Position numbers and translations under genes: made by a program
DNA from: an uncultured Bacteroidaceae bacterium
GTDB lineage: Bacteria > Bacteroidota > Bacteroidia > Bacteroidales > SM23-62
Length of the DNA: 64,000 bases
Assembly (NCBI GenBank): GCA_964574985.1
Contig: CAZNPH010000015.1
Span: 42,206 to 106,205 of the forward strand
Direction of reading: 5' to 3'
The notes under the pieces: model-generated
The model's database searches: none
What the model saw: only the letters and a program-made list of their open reading frames with translations
What the model was told of the DNA's origin: nothing
Part shown: in pieces, positions 8,588-18,692 of the stretch
Numbering within the stretch: position 1 is the stretch's first letter
Layout of the letters: each line of letters begins with the position of its first letter

Positions 8588-11467
8588 TCATTTGCAGATC
8601 TCTGCCAGTTGTTTGAAATCCAGTTTTACCCGGGGATTGAATTTTTCACTTTGCATGTAGGCAGATAAACTTGACAGCAGCTGTCTTGCCTCCGGCCTGT
8701 TTTCCAGTCCGTTTATCAGGTCGGTCCCGCTGACCAGGATCCTGCCGTTTTCCACCCTGGCTTCGAACAGCAAAGCAAGCCGGCGGTTGGTTACCCAGTC
8801 GTCGATGATCCGTACGATGGGTTTGAGTGTAGCCGGAAAATCATCCAGCCGGATGGCACCGGCATGGCTCATGGCATCCCACCACTGCCAGTTGGAATGA
8901 TATTCGGTGGGAAATCCCTCCAGGGCGGGATGACCGGGATCGCACAGAATACCCAGGGTATGGGGCTTTTGGCCCCGGGTCCACACCGTGTTCCAGAAAA
9001 TACTGGAAAATCCGAGTCCGGTCTCCCCGCCTTGGCCTTCTTTTACCCGGCCTTTTCCCAGACTCAGCAGGATGCTTTCCCCGCGTTCCAGGGCCTGCCT
9101 GGTTTTTTCATCCAGCTTTTCCACAACGGTGATGACAGGATCTTCAATAATGTTCTTGTTCGGGGGATATATCCACAGGTCCCAGCTGTTGGCATAATTG
9201 GACAGTTTTACTTCCAGGGTAATTTTTTCGGGATGGCCGGTTTGAGGGAAACGGTACCGGATGATGCCCAGGTTGATGCCATTGCCCACCGGAATGTCCC
9301 GGGCGCCCAGTGTCCCGTTGGCCAGCATCCGGCCGTTTTCACCGGTGATGTTCCAGACGGGATTCACGGAAGCCATCGTGCCCGCACTGAAATTGGCTGC
9401 TTCCACCCGGGCCGTCATTTCTTCACCCTGGGTATAGATCATTTTATCCAGTCGTACAAGGGGAACCACTTCATTGCAGAAACGGCTGTACTCCTCCGGC
9501 GATATGTATCCTTTTTCATCCCAGAAAGGATCCAGGATGCCCACCAGCGCGGTGCCCTGACCCGGGAAATCATGCAGGTCCAGCAGTTGGAAACCGCTGA
9601 GTCCGGGTGTGCGCAATGCCGCTTCTATATCCGCCTTGTAGCAAAGGGCCTGGAGTTTGCCCGAAGCCATCAGGAAGCGGTCCGCCAGATGGCCCATTTG
9701 GCTGGCATGCAGACTCTCCCGGAAAATCTCAAAGTTCCTGGCTTTCAGTACACCTGTGTATTTTTCCATTTCATTGAAATTCGGATACACACACCACTGT
9801 CCGATCTCATGGCTGACCACGGGGATGCCGTCGCCGGGCAAACGACCGGTCCAGTCATAACCTGTTTTTGGAGGTTCGGCATTGATGATGCTGTTCAGCC
9901 CTTCCCCCCAGCGCTGGATCCTGGGATCGGGGATGTTGTGGTAATCATTCTCCGGAATGGCCGGCCAGCCGGCAGCACTGGTATAGATCCTCCGGTTGTC
10001 CCTTTCTTTCCAGCTTTTTACAAAATCTGACAGGAAGGATTCATGGTTCGGTCCGCCAGGTTCATTTCCATAGGCCATCAAACAGAATGAGGGGTGGTTG
10101 CCGTATTCCCGCACGATGCGCCGGCTTTCCTCCAGGATATAATCGTCAATGGGCTTGCCGTCGCCCAGGGTGGTGGTCTGGTTGGCCCATGAGGAACACT
10201 CCACCTGCAGGTAGATCCCCGCCTGGTCTGCCGCAATGAATGCGGCTTCGGGAGGGCACCATGAATGAAAACGCACATGGTTCAGTCCGTGCTCCCCGAT
10301 GATCCGGAAGATCCTTTGCCAGTCCGCCACGCGGGTCGACGGATACCCGGACAGTGGAAAGATCGCACATTCCAAAGTGCCCCGGAGGAACAACCGGCGG
10401 CCGTTCATGGTCAGATGATTGCCCTCCCGCCGGACCTTCCGGAGTCCGAACACCTCAGACCTGCTCACTTCCCCGCCCTCGAATCTGAATATTGCCTGAA
10501 AGGTATACAGGTTGGGTTGGAACTCGTCCCAGAGCAGGGCGTCCTCCCCCATCGGATAATCCATTTCCAATTCATTGGTTCCCGGTGCCAGCCGGATGTC
10601 CTTTTTGATCTTATCCGGAGCGTGATTCCGTTCCGCATTATTGCTTCCTGCACTCAGGACAAGCTGTCCGTTTTCTTCCCGGCCTGACCCGTTCTGTATG
10701 GTGGCCCTGACCCGCAGGGAGCGGACTTCGACATCGGGGAAGATCTGCAGTTCATCGATGGATATTTTTTTTTCTGCTTTCAGGCATATTTTCCCGGCGA
10801 TCCCGTTCCAGTTGGTCTGTGTGTGGTCGGTCACGCTGTGGGAATTGTGGCCCACATCGACCTTGTCCAGGCGGTTGTCGATCCGGATGGTGATGGTATG
10901 GCTTCCCGGGTCCTCCGCTATTGCAGTCAGATCATAACGGTGGGGGGTGGCCAGACTGTTGGCCGATCCTATCCTGGTGCCGTTTACCCAGACCGTGGTT
11001 TGCCAGTGGGGACGTTCCAGGAAAAGAAGGATCCTTTTGTCTGTCCATTCACCGGGGATGCTGATTTTCCGCTGGTACCAGGCCGCTCCCAAATATTTTT
11101 TTACCGGCTGCAAACCAAAAGGGAACCGGATATTTTCCGGGTCTGCAAAAGGGGCATAATTTGGATCCCTGTGCCATACGGCTGCCTTCACATCACCGGT
11201 CCACTGTGTTTCCAGGGTAATCTCATTGCCCAGTCCGTTTGACGCCATGGATCCAGGCAATTCAACTTCCCCGGAAAGTTCTTGCAGGAACCATTTTTCG
11301 CTTTCCCCCACATCATGCGGATCGGTCCGGAAATTCCAGGTCCCCTGCAGGTCAATGGCTTGTTCTCCGGGTGACCGGCAGGCCGATACCAAAATGGTCA
11401 AGGTCAAAATAACAAGGGTCATAAAGGTCAGATTTGCAATGTTCAGGAATGATTTGAGGTTTGTCAT
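8588..11467 (-). CDS. Glycoside hydrolase family 2-like protein (sugar-binding plus TIM-barrel domains)
   Basis: 959 aa with a signal/TM N-terminus. Supporting motifs: WYQRKISIPGEW, LFLERPHWQTTVWVNG, NHVRFHSWCPPE, and YGNHPSFCLMAYGNEPGG (NE acid/base region). Confidence 0.7.
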   Translation of the reverse strand: MTNLKSFLNIANLTFMTLVILTLTILVSACRSPGEQAIDLQGTWNFRTDPHDVGESEKWFLQELSGEVELPGSMASNGLGNEITLETQWTGDVKAAVWHRDPNYAPFADPENIRFPFGLQPVKKYLGAAWYQRKISIPGEWTDKRILLFLERPHWQTTVWVNGTRIGSANSLATPHRYDLTAIAEDPGSHTITIRIDNRLDKVDVGHNSHSVTDHTQTNWNGIAGKICLKAEKKISIDELQIFPDVEVRSLRVRATIQNGSGREENGQLVLSAGSNNAERNHAPDKIKKDIRLAPGTNELEMDYPMGEDALLWDEFQPNLYTFQAIFRFEGGEVSRSEVFGLRKVRREGNHLTMNGRRLFLRGTLECAIFPLSGYPSTRVADWQRIFRIIGEHGLNHVRFHSWCPPEAAFIAADQAGIYLQVECSSWANQTTTLGDGKPIDDYILEESRRIVREYGNHPSFCLMAYGNEPGGPNHESFLSDFVKSWKERDNRRIYTSAAGWPAIPENDYHNIPDPRIQRWGEGLNSIINAEPPKTGYDWTGRLPGDGIPVVSHEIGQWCVYPNFNEMEKYTGVLKARNFEIFRESLHASQMGHLADRFLMASGKLQALCYKADIEAALRTPGLSGFQLLDLHDFPGQGTALVGILDPFWDEKGYISPEEYSRFCNEVVPLVRLDKMIYTQGEEMTARVEAANFSAGTMASVNPVWNITGENGRMLANGTLGARDIPVGNGINLGIIRYRFPQTGHPEKITLEVKLSNYANSWDLWIYPPNKNIIEDPVITVVEKLDEKTRQALERGESILLSLGKGRVKEGQGGETGLGFSSIFWNTVWTRGQKPHTLGILCDPGHPALEGFPTEYHSNWQWWDAMSHAGAIRLDDFPATLKPIVRIIDDWVTNRRLALLFEARVENGRILVSGTDLINGLENRPEARQLLSSLSAYMQSEKFNPRVKLDFKQLAEICK

Positions 11468-11561
11468 GGTGCTGTGTTTTTATTCGTGATATGGTTTCTG
11501 ACAGTTTTTTCTAAATTTGGGAAAATAATTTCCGGTAAATCATCAACCAAACCCAAAAGAT

Positions 11562-13496
11562 ATGAAAAACATTCTGATTTTTTTGGCGGCAGTCCTTCAT
11601 AGCTGCAATATTATGACGGTCAATGCCCAGTTGCTTCATGAACCCGAAGTGGATGAGCAGAAACGGGCAACATTCACGGTGAATGCTCCCAATGCCCGGG
11701 AGGTCAAGGTTATCAGCAAAAGCGATTCCATGGCCATGGGAGCCCCGGAGTATGATATGACCAGAAACGAAGAAGGCATCTGGACGGTAACCACCAGGCC
11801 CTGCCGGACCGGATTGCATTATTATGAGCTGAGCATCGACGGTGCCCGGTTTTCCGATCCCCGGAGCCATATGTACTTCGGATGGGGGAAATGGACCAGT
11901 TGCCTGGAGGTTCCCGATGGAAACATAGATTTCTATCATCCGAAGGATGTCCCCCGCGGGGAGATCCTTTGCCACTGGTATCCCTCGAAGGTCACCGGCA
12001 CCACCAGAAAATGCCTGGTGTATACACCGCCCGGGTATCAGAAAGAGACCCGCAGGCGGTACCCGGTGCTCTACCTGCAGCACGGGGCGGGTGAAAGCCA
12101 GCTCGGATGGACCATGCAGGGAAAGGTGAATTTCATCATGGACAACCTGATAGCGGAAGGGCAGGTGACCCCCATGATTATCGTGATGGACAACGGATAT
12201 GCACCGGACCCGGAGGCAGAGAATCCCTACAGGCCGCGTGGGGAAGACAACCGGTTCGAAGACAACCTGCTTCAGGTCCTGATCCCGGAGATCGATTCCT
12301 GTTTCCGCACCTTGCCGTCTGCTGAAACCCGGGCGCTGGCCGGACTCTCCATGGGTGGGGGGCAGGCCCTGAGGATCGGACTGCCCCATCCGGAAGTATT
12401 CGGTTCGGTGGGAACTTTCAGTGGCGGTGGCGGCCGTAGAGGAACATTCGATGTGAAAACATCCTATGGCGGGGTATTTAAGGACACCGGCAGGTTCAAC
12501 GAGGCATTCAGTTTATTTTTCATCGGTTGCGGGACCCTTGAACGGGGTTACCAGGCCATGAAATCAATGCACGAAACACTCTCTGAACATGGAGTCAGGA
12601 ATGTATGGTCGGGACCGGTGGGATCCCATGAATGGCAGGTTTGGCGCCATCATTTGCATGATTTTGCCGGGCATGTTTTCGAGCCCCGCAAACTGGCCGG
12701 CGGATTTGCGTTTACCGAAGGCCCGGCCGTTGACGCTGAGGGCAATGTTTATTTCTCGGATATACCCAACAATAAGATACTGAAATGGACCACGGACGGA
12801 AAGCTTGAGACGGTCCGTGAGAACAGCGGGGGGGCAAACGGACTCTTTTTCGATGCCCGGGGCAATCTGCTGGCCTGCGAAGGGGGCAACCGCCGCATCA
12901 CTTCCATGGACAAGGAAGGCAACATCACCGTGATCACCGGTGAGTATAAAAGAAAGAAATACAACCAGACCAATGACCTCTGGATACATCCTTCGGGAGG
13001 AATCTATTTTACTGATCCTGCCTATGGAAGGAGTGAAGAGGAGATCGAACAGGACGGGATGCACGTATATTACATAACGCCCGACCGCAGGAAGGTTATC
13101 CGGGTATGCGAATGCATGAAAAGACCCAACGGGATCATCGGCACGCCCGACGGAAAGACGCTTTATGTTACGGATCATGGAGGCGGCATGACCTGGAAAT
13201 TCCGGATCAGTCAGGATGGCACACTGAATTACAAAACAGGGTTCGTCAGAATGGGCTGTGACGGAATGACCATGGATGAAAAGGAAAATGTCTATTTGAC
13301 CAACCTTGAGAGCAATTCAATTGACGTTTACTCCCCGGAGGGATTTCTGGTGCAATCGATCAAAGTGCCGGAAAGGCCGGCCAATGTGTGCTTCGGAGGA
13401 GAGGACCTGCAAACCCTTTTTATTACCGCACAGACGTCCCTGTATTCGATCAGGATGCATGTAAAAGGAGCACAGGGCCAAAAACCGCTGCCATGA
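11562..13496 (+). CDS. Fusion protein: Ig-like/CBM48-like N-domain, esterase (CE1/esterase D family), and SMP-30/gluconolactonase/LRE-like beta-propeller
   Basis: 644 aa with a signal peptide. Esterase part: YPVLYLQHGAGES...LAGLSMGGGQAL (GxSxG). From aa ~390: FTEGPAVDAEGNVYFSDIPNNKILKW...GANGLFFDARGNLLACEG...RPNGIIGTPDGKTLYVTD, typical of SMP-30 lactonases. Confidence 0.7.
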   Translation: MKNILIFLAAVLHSCNIMTVNAQLLHEPEVDEQKRATFTVNAPNAREVKVISKSDSMAMGAPEYDMTRNEEGIWTVTTRPCRTGLHYYELSIDGARFSDPRSHMYFGWGKWTSCLEVPDGNIDFYHPKDVPRGEILCHWYPSKVTGTTRKCLVYTPPGYQKETRRRYPVLYLQHGAGESQLGWTMQGKVNFIMDNLIAEGQVTPMIIVMDNGYAPDPEAENPYRPRGEDNRFEDNLLQVLIPEIDSCFRTLPSAETRALAGLSMGGGQALRIGLPHPEVFGSVGTFSGGGGRRGTFDVKTSYGGVFKDTGRFNEAFSLFFIGCGTLERGYQAMKSMHETLSEHGVRNVWSGPVGSHEWQVWRHHLHDFAGHVFEPRKLAGGFAFTEGPAVDAEGNVYFSDIPNNKILKWTTDGKLETVRENSGGANGLFFDARGNLLACEGGNRRITSMDKEGNITVITGEYKRKKYNQTNDLWIHPSGGIYFTDPAYGRSEEEIEQDGMHVYYITPDRRKVIRVCECMKRPNGIIGTPDGKTLYVTDHGGGMTWKFRISQDGTLNYKTGFVRMGCDGMTMDEKENVYLTNLESNSIDVYSPEGFLVQSIKVPERPANVCFGGEDLQTLFITAQTSLYSIRMHVKGAQGQKPLP

Positions 13497-15589
13497 AAAT
13501 GGTGAACATACTTATTTTTTTTTGTTTCACAGGTATGATATTGAACGGATGCAGGCAGGGACCGGATGATGCAGGGGAATCAGGTGATCCCCATCTCTGG
13601 CTGGAAGATATCCGGGGAGAAAAGGCCCTGGATTGGGTAAGGGCACAAAACAAACTGACCGCCAGGGCATTTGCCGGCAAGACTTTGTTCGATTCCTTGC
13701 AGGAGCGGTTCCTGGATGCCTTCAATTCGGATGAAAGGATCCCCCAGCCCTCCATTGCCGGGGAATATGTCTACAACCTATGGCAGGACGAGCAGAACGT
13801 ACGCGGCCTCTGGAGGCGGATGCCCCTGAACGATTACATTGCCGGCAGGGATGCATGGGAAGTGGTGCTGGATGTGGATGATCTGTCAGAAAAGGAAGGG
13901 AGGAAATGGGTTTTCGGAGGGGCGGTCTGGCTCGCCCCGGAAAATCGCTATTGCCTTGTTTCATTGTCCGAAGGGGGAAAGGATGCCAGTGAGATACGGG
14001 AATTCGATCCGGAGTCCAAAACCTTTGTTGAGCAAGGATTTTTTCTTCCCGAGAGCAAAGGTGGCGCTTCCTGGCTTGACAACAACACCCTGCTGGTGAG
14101 TACGGATTTCGGAAAAGGCAGCATGACCACATCGGGGTATCCCCGGATGGCCAGGAAGTGGGAACGCGGTACATCCCTTGATGAGGCGGAATTGATCCAT
14201 GAAGCGGATTCGGCGGTTGCAGGGGTGTGGCCCATGACCTTTTACGATCATCAGAAACGTTATGCCTTTGTGTATATCTGGAAATCCGCATTCGAAACGG
14301 AAATGTACAGATTGTCGGGGGACGCGGTGCAAAAAGTTGATTATCCCCCGGATGCGGAACTGGCCGGATTTCACAAGAACCAGATGATCCTGGCCCTGCA
14401 GGCGGACTGGGAAACGGGGGAAGAGGTGCACCGGGCAGGCACGCTGGTCAGTTTCGACCTGGATGATTTTATGGCCGGCAACGGACAGATCCAAACCATT
14501 TACCGGCCCGGTGAGCATTCTGCATATGTATCCACAAGCACATGCAGGGATTTCATTGTGGTGAATACCTTAGAGAATGTCAGGAACAAGCTCAGGCAGT
14601 TCCGCTTCGAAGGCGGGAACTGGAGGGAAACAGATGTTGAAACTCCCGGATCGGGAAGCATTTCCCGGATCGCCTCCGGCAGTCAGTCGGATCATTACTT
14701 TTTCCGGTTCAGCAGTCTGATCACCCCGCCCACCCTGTATCACGGGAAACAGGAAAGCATCAGAAAAGTGATGAGCCTGAAAGGGTTTTTCAATACGGAA
14801 GAACTTGTGCTTGAGCAGTTTGAAGCGGTGTCCAAAGACGGGACGCATGTTCCCTACTTCATCGTGCACCGTCAGGATATGGCGTTTGACGGCAAAAATC
14901 CTGCCCTGATCTGGGCCTACGGAGGATTCAATATCGCCGAACAGCCCGATTACAGCTTTACGGTGGGTATCGGCTGGCTCGAAAAGGGCGGGGTATATGT
15001 ACTGGCTAACATCCGGGGCGGGGGAGAATTCGGTCCCGAGTGGCATCAGTCCGCCATGAAAGAAAAAAGGCAGAACGCCTATGATGATTTTTTCGCGGTA
15101 TCGGAGGACCTGATCCGCAGAAAGATCACTTCCCCGGAATATCTCGGGGCTTTCGGCTGGAGCAACGGAGGACTGCTGGCCGGGGTGGCCTTTACCCAGC
15201 GCCCGGGTCTGTATGAAGCCGTGGTGGCGGGTGCCCCCCTGCTGGACATGAAACGGTATTCAAAGATGCTGGCCGGTGCCAGCTGGATGGGAGAATACGG
15301 GAATCCCGATGATCCGGAGCAATGGGCTTTCCTGAAGAAGTATTCCCCCTACCACAATCTTTCCCCGGAAAAGGAATATCCCCGCGTCCTGTTTGTGACC
15401 TCCACCATGGACGACCGTGTGCATCCGGGCCACGCCCGGAAAATGGCGGCCAGAATGAAGGACATGGGACATGAATTCTATTACCACGAAACCATTGAAG
15501 GGGGGCATGGCGCAGCATCCACCAACAAGCAGCGGGCGTACATGTATGCCCTGATCTATACCTATCTGCATGAAAAGCTGATGAAATGA
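13493..15589 (+). CDS. Prolyl oligopeptidase family (S9A) serine peptidase, lipoprotein
   Basis: ATG at 13493 overlaps the upstream stop (ATGA). The lipobox is MILNGC. Also present: YGGFNIAEQP, IRGGGEFG, GWSNGGLL (nucleophile elbow), and DDRVHPGHARKM. Confidence 0.85.
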   Translation: MKMVNILIFFCFTGMILNGCRQGPDDAGESGDPHLWLEDIRGEKALDWVRAQNKLTARAFAGKTLFDSLQERFLDAFNSDERIPQPSIAGEYVYNLWQDEQNVRGLWRRMPLNDYIAGRDAWEVVLDVDDLSEKEGRKWVFGGAVWLAPENRYCLVSLSEGGKDASEIREFDPESKTFVEQGFFLPESKGGASWLDNNTLLVSTDFGKGSMTTSGYPRMARKWERGTSLDEAELIHEADSAVAGVWPMTFYDHQKRYAFVYIWKSAFETEMYRLSGDAVQKVDYPPDAELAGFHKNQMILALQADWETGEEVHRAGTLVSFDLDDFMAGNGQIQTIYRPGEHSAYVSTSTCRDFIVVNTLENVRNKLRQFRFEGGNWRETDVETPGSGSISRIASGSQSDHYFFRFSSLITPPTLYHGKQESIRKVMSLKGFFNTEELVLEQFEAVSKDGTHVPYFIVHRQDMAFDGKNPALIWAYGGFNIAEQPDYSFTVGIGWLEKGGVYVLANIRGGGEFGPEWHQSAMKEKRQNAYDDFFAVSEDLIRRKITSPEYLGAFGWSNGGLLAGVAFTQRPGLYEAVVAGAPLLDMKRYSKMLAGASWMGEYGNPDDPEQWAFLKKYSPYHNLSPEKEYPRVLFVTSTMDDRVHPGHARKMAARMKDMGHEFYYHETIEGGHGAASTNKQRAYMYALIYTYLHEKLMK

Positions 15590-15593
15590 CCCG

Positions 15594-16128
15594 ATGACTG
15601 GATATTTCCTGATGGCGGCAGGCGGAACAATTTTTCTGCTGGTGGCTATGTATTCCGGCAAAAGGAGAAGGCTGGACCGATGGGAAGCCGCATTATTGAT
15701 GATGCCTTCTTGTCTTAATGCACAGCAGGATACAACACGGATCATCATGCAGAAGGACATTCCGTTGTCCCTGGTGGTGAAACATGACGGGACGGAGTTT
15801 GTCGGCAGGATCCTGAGCCGGGACCAGCGGGAGATCCTGATCGAAACCGAGGAAATGGGCCGTTTTTATATCCCCATCCATGTGATCCGTTACATCACCG
15901 AACTGCCTGAAACGGATTTCCGGACTGGCAAAGATCGGGGAAAATATCTCTTTCGTCGGCGATTCGTTTATCTATGCCGGAGAAGATCCTTTTGCCGTTA
16001 TTGTTCCCGGACTCCGTTTCAGCCGCAACCGGAAAGGCGCTTTTCAGTTCTGTTTTGCCGGACTGGTCATTGAGGGGGAAGCCGTTCCCTTTCCGATGCC
16101 CTTTGTCAGCTGGTTTATCAAGATATGA
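15594..16128 (+). pseudogene. Hypothetical membrane/OM-associated protein, apparently frameshifted near 15900-15935
   Basis: The N-part ...HDGTEFVGRILSRDQREILIETEEMGRFYIPIHVIRYITEL turns into an R/C-rich tail. A second frame continues in a protein-like way (KIGENISFVGDSFIYAGEDPFAVIVPGLRFS...FVSWFIKI) to a stop at 16126-16128. Confidence 0.35.
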
Positions 16129-16188
16129 ACCGTCCTTTTTCCGGGGGAGCGGTCCGGGTCTTGCCCGGATTACGCAAAGGCGGCTTGT

Positions 16189-18681
16189 TCAACGGATGTC
16201 ATAGGTGACATTCGCTTCCGTTTCGAACACAATGTCCCTTCCGTCCGTTTTGTAGCGGATATTTTCCCCGTCCCGGGTAACCATGGGCAGGGTTTCCTGC
16301 GACCACCGGATCCTGCAGGGGGTGCCGCACAGACTGGTAACGGATGCATTGATCCCGTCCCCGGGCTGTTTGTGGGCTGAAACCATGAATCCGCCGCGAG
16401 CCCGGAGGTTCCTGAAAGATGCATATTGGTCCTCCGGCCAGAAAGGAAAAAACCGGATAACATTTCCCTGGCTCTGAAGGAGCATTTCGGCGATCCCCAG
16501 GATGGGCATGTACTGGTTTTCCACGATCCTCCAGGAATAGGTGTGGGCGATGCGCATGTAGACTTCTTCTCCGGTGGCGTACGGACTGAATTGCCCGCTC
16601 CGGAATGTATGATCGAGCAGGAGTCTGCGGATCTCCGGGTATTTCTCTGTCATGCCCATCCGGATGAAGGGCATGACAGTCGCTTCCCCGTGAAATGTTC
16701 CCAGCATCCTCATCCGGTCAGGCAATCCCGACATGTCCACGTGGCTGAGCAAATCACGCACCGCGGCTGTCAGTCCGTCTTCCTCGTCTCCCTGAAGATG
16801 TTCCCCCGGGAAAACGGGCCATCCCCCGCATCCCCAGCGTGAATATCTTGCATGATACAGATAATCGCCAAAGTCGGGCCAGACCTTTTCCCAATCCTTG
16901 CACAACGCGTACCAACCTTTCCCGTCCTTCCATCCGTACTCGATTTCGGGAATCCGCCCCAGGCATTCCTTCCAGCGTTCGCGTTCCTTCCGGTCAACCC
17001 CCAGGATCATGGATGCGGATACGGCGGACTGGAATGCTTTGGGGAACATGATCAGGTCGGTAGTTACATTCCGGTTTCCGACGAAACCGGGATACCAGCC
17101 GGAATCCTCAAGCCGTATGGACGGGTAGATGTCTCCGCTTTCATCCTGGTACTTGTCCAGGTAACTGGCATAGAATTCTGCGGCCTTTCTGATGTAGGGA
17201 TACGCATGTTTTTCCAGCCATTCCTTGTCGCAGGTAAACTGGTAATGCTGAAAAAGCATCATGGAGAGCCATCCGGTATGGGCCAGTGCACGGCCGAACT
17301 TATCATGCGTTTTTGCCCTTTCCGGGGGTGCGAAAGGTGCGGTCATCAGGTCGCAGTACACCCCTTCCAGTCCGAACAGCAGGTCTGCCAGATATTCGAA
17401 AACCGGGATGTGCTGCCTGATCAGTCCGGCAAATACATCATACCACTCGGGATGGTTGACCGGCAGGGCGGGGAAGTACCATTTCTGAACATTGTGGTTC
17501 CAGGTATAGAATCCGTTCCATGCGGTAAAGTCATATATGGGAATATTGGCGTTCAATCCGGGTGCCTGTGCACCGGGTTTGAGATGGCATGCAAATCCGA
17601 ACATGCTCCGGTACCATAGGGCTTCCAGTTCCTCGTCCTCCAGTTCAATGGCCGAAGCCGACCAGAAATCATTCCAGGCATCAATGCTCGACATACGCAT
17701 GTTCTCGTAATGTTCCCGGCCGGCTTGTCCGGCCAGTTCAACCGCCCTGGACAGGGAAGGTGCGGGTCCGTCCCGGTCTGTGGCTATCCCGACCATGAAA
17801 TAGGCCGATTCCCCGTCTTCTATCCGGATGTCTTCTTTCAGCGCATAGGGGAATTTCACCACTCCCCAGACCCTCACCCCGTCACCGTGACCGGGAAAAG
17901 CGGCTGCAAGATGCCAGGAAAAGTCAGCCACACCGTATTTGCCCGGAATGGTCTGGGAAATGGTCTGGGGAACCATGGGAGGATTTTTCCGTACCTCGGG
18001 AGGCGGCATGTCCGCCAGGGCATAATCGGGCATTTTTTCCATGATGATGCTCAGCCAGGGGATCTCTCCCTCTGCAGACAATTTCATCATCAGGCTGTTT
18101 TTCTGCCTGTGAATGAAAGTTTCCACGATCAGTTTCCCGTTCCAGAAACCATACTCCACGGTGAGTATCCCATTGGAAATGTCAACCCTGCTGCTCAGTT
18201 TCGTATCCGAGAGTCCGGGATGTATGATCCGGATTGTGCCCGCGGGTTTCGGCGAAGGGCCCGGATTGCTCTTGCGGACCCAATCCGTGGAGGTGAGCAT
18301 TATGTTGTCTGAGATCGTATCCGGATGTCCTTTGGACGCGATAAGGTCATCGTGTTTGAGGGCCGATTCTTCGGTCCGGTTGCGGATCCTGGAGTCCCAT
18401 ATGTCATTTTTCCCCAGGGTGAGGATCAGTTCGTCATGAAAAACCTGTGCGCTGGCAGCCAGGTCCCCGTTTCCGATCACCAGTCCTTCAAAGGGATTGG
18501 TCAGTACCCCCTTATGCTCGATGGGAAAAAGGGATGCATTGCCTGCGGGTATGTCACCGTTTGCAGGTGGACGGGAGGCGAAAAGGGGTTGGCCGGATTG
18601 AAAACAGCTCATCAGTCCGCATAAACACACGGCCAGTACCCGGATTTTTACGCTTCGAAAAATTGCCCTGTTCATGATCAT
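16189..18681 (-). CDS. Putative secreted glycoside hydrolase; family not assigned, N-terminus reminiscent of GH95-like enzymes
   Basis: 830 aa with a signal peptide ending CFQ. The GLVIGNGDLAASAQVF...LGKNDIWDSR motif resembles the N-terminal beta-sandwich of several six-hairpin glycosidases. The family call is weak. Confidence 0.4.
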   Translation of the reverse strand: MIMNRAIFRSVKIRVLAVCLCGLMSCFQSGQPLFASRPPANGDIPAGNASLFPIEHKGVLTNPFEGLVIGNGDLAASAQVFHDELILTLGKNDIWDSRIRNRTEESALKHDDLIASKGHPDTISDNIMLTSTDWVRKSNPGPSPKPAGTIRIIHPGLSDTKLSSRVDISNGILTVEYGFWNGKLIVETFIHRQKNSLMMKLSAEGEIPWLSIIMEKMPDYALADMPPPEVRKNPPMVPQTISQTIPGKYGVADFSWHLAAAFPGHGDGVRVWGVVKFPYALKEDIRIEDGESAYFMVGIATDRDGPAPSLSRAVELAGQAGREHYENMRMSSIDAWNDFWSASAIELEDEELEALWYRSMFGFACHLKPGAQAPGLNANIPIYDFTAWNGFYTWNHNVQKWYFPALPVNHPEWYDVFAGLIRQHIPVFEYLADLLFGLEGVYCDLMTAPFAPPERAKTHDKFGRALAHTGWLSMMLFQHYQFTCDKEWLEKHAYPYIRKAAEFYASYLDKYQDESGDIYPSIRLEDSGWYPGFVGNRNVTTDLIMFPKAFQSAVSASMILGVDRKERERWKECLGRIPEIEYGWKDGKGWYALCKDWEKVWPDFGDYLYHARYSRWGCGGWPVFPGEHLQGDEEDGLTAAVRDLLSHVDMSGLPDRMRMLGTFHGEATVMPFIRMGMTEKYPEIRRLLLDHTFRSGQFSPYATGEEVYMRIAHTYSWRIVENQYMPILGIAEMLLQSQGNVIRFFPFWPEDQYASFRNLRARGGFMVSAHKQPGDGINASVTSLCGTPCRIRWSQETLPMVTRDGENIRYKTDGRDIVFETEANVTYDIR

Positions 18682-18692
18682 GGTTGTATGGT

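Noticed and set aside
8864-10030. A 388-aa plus-strand ORF, and many similar long ORFs antisense to well-supported genes: 6244-6855, 11511-12389, 29363-30382, 32631-33668, 34944-35690, 36169-36972, 37272-38057, 39216-40094, 59133-59963.
   Set aside because: Each lies entirely inside a gene with clear family motifs on the other strand. Their translations are G/P/R/H-rich and low-complexity, with no recognisable motif. They are best explained as shadow ORFs produced by the codon usage of the real genes.
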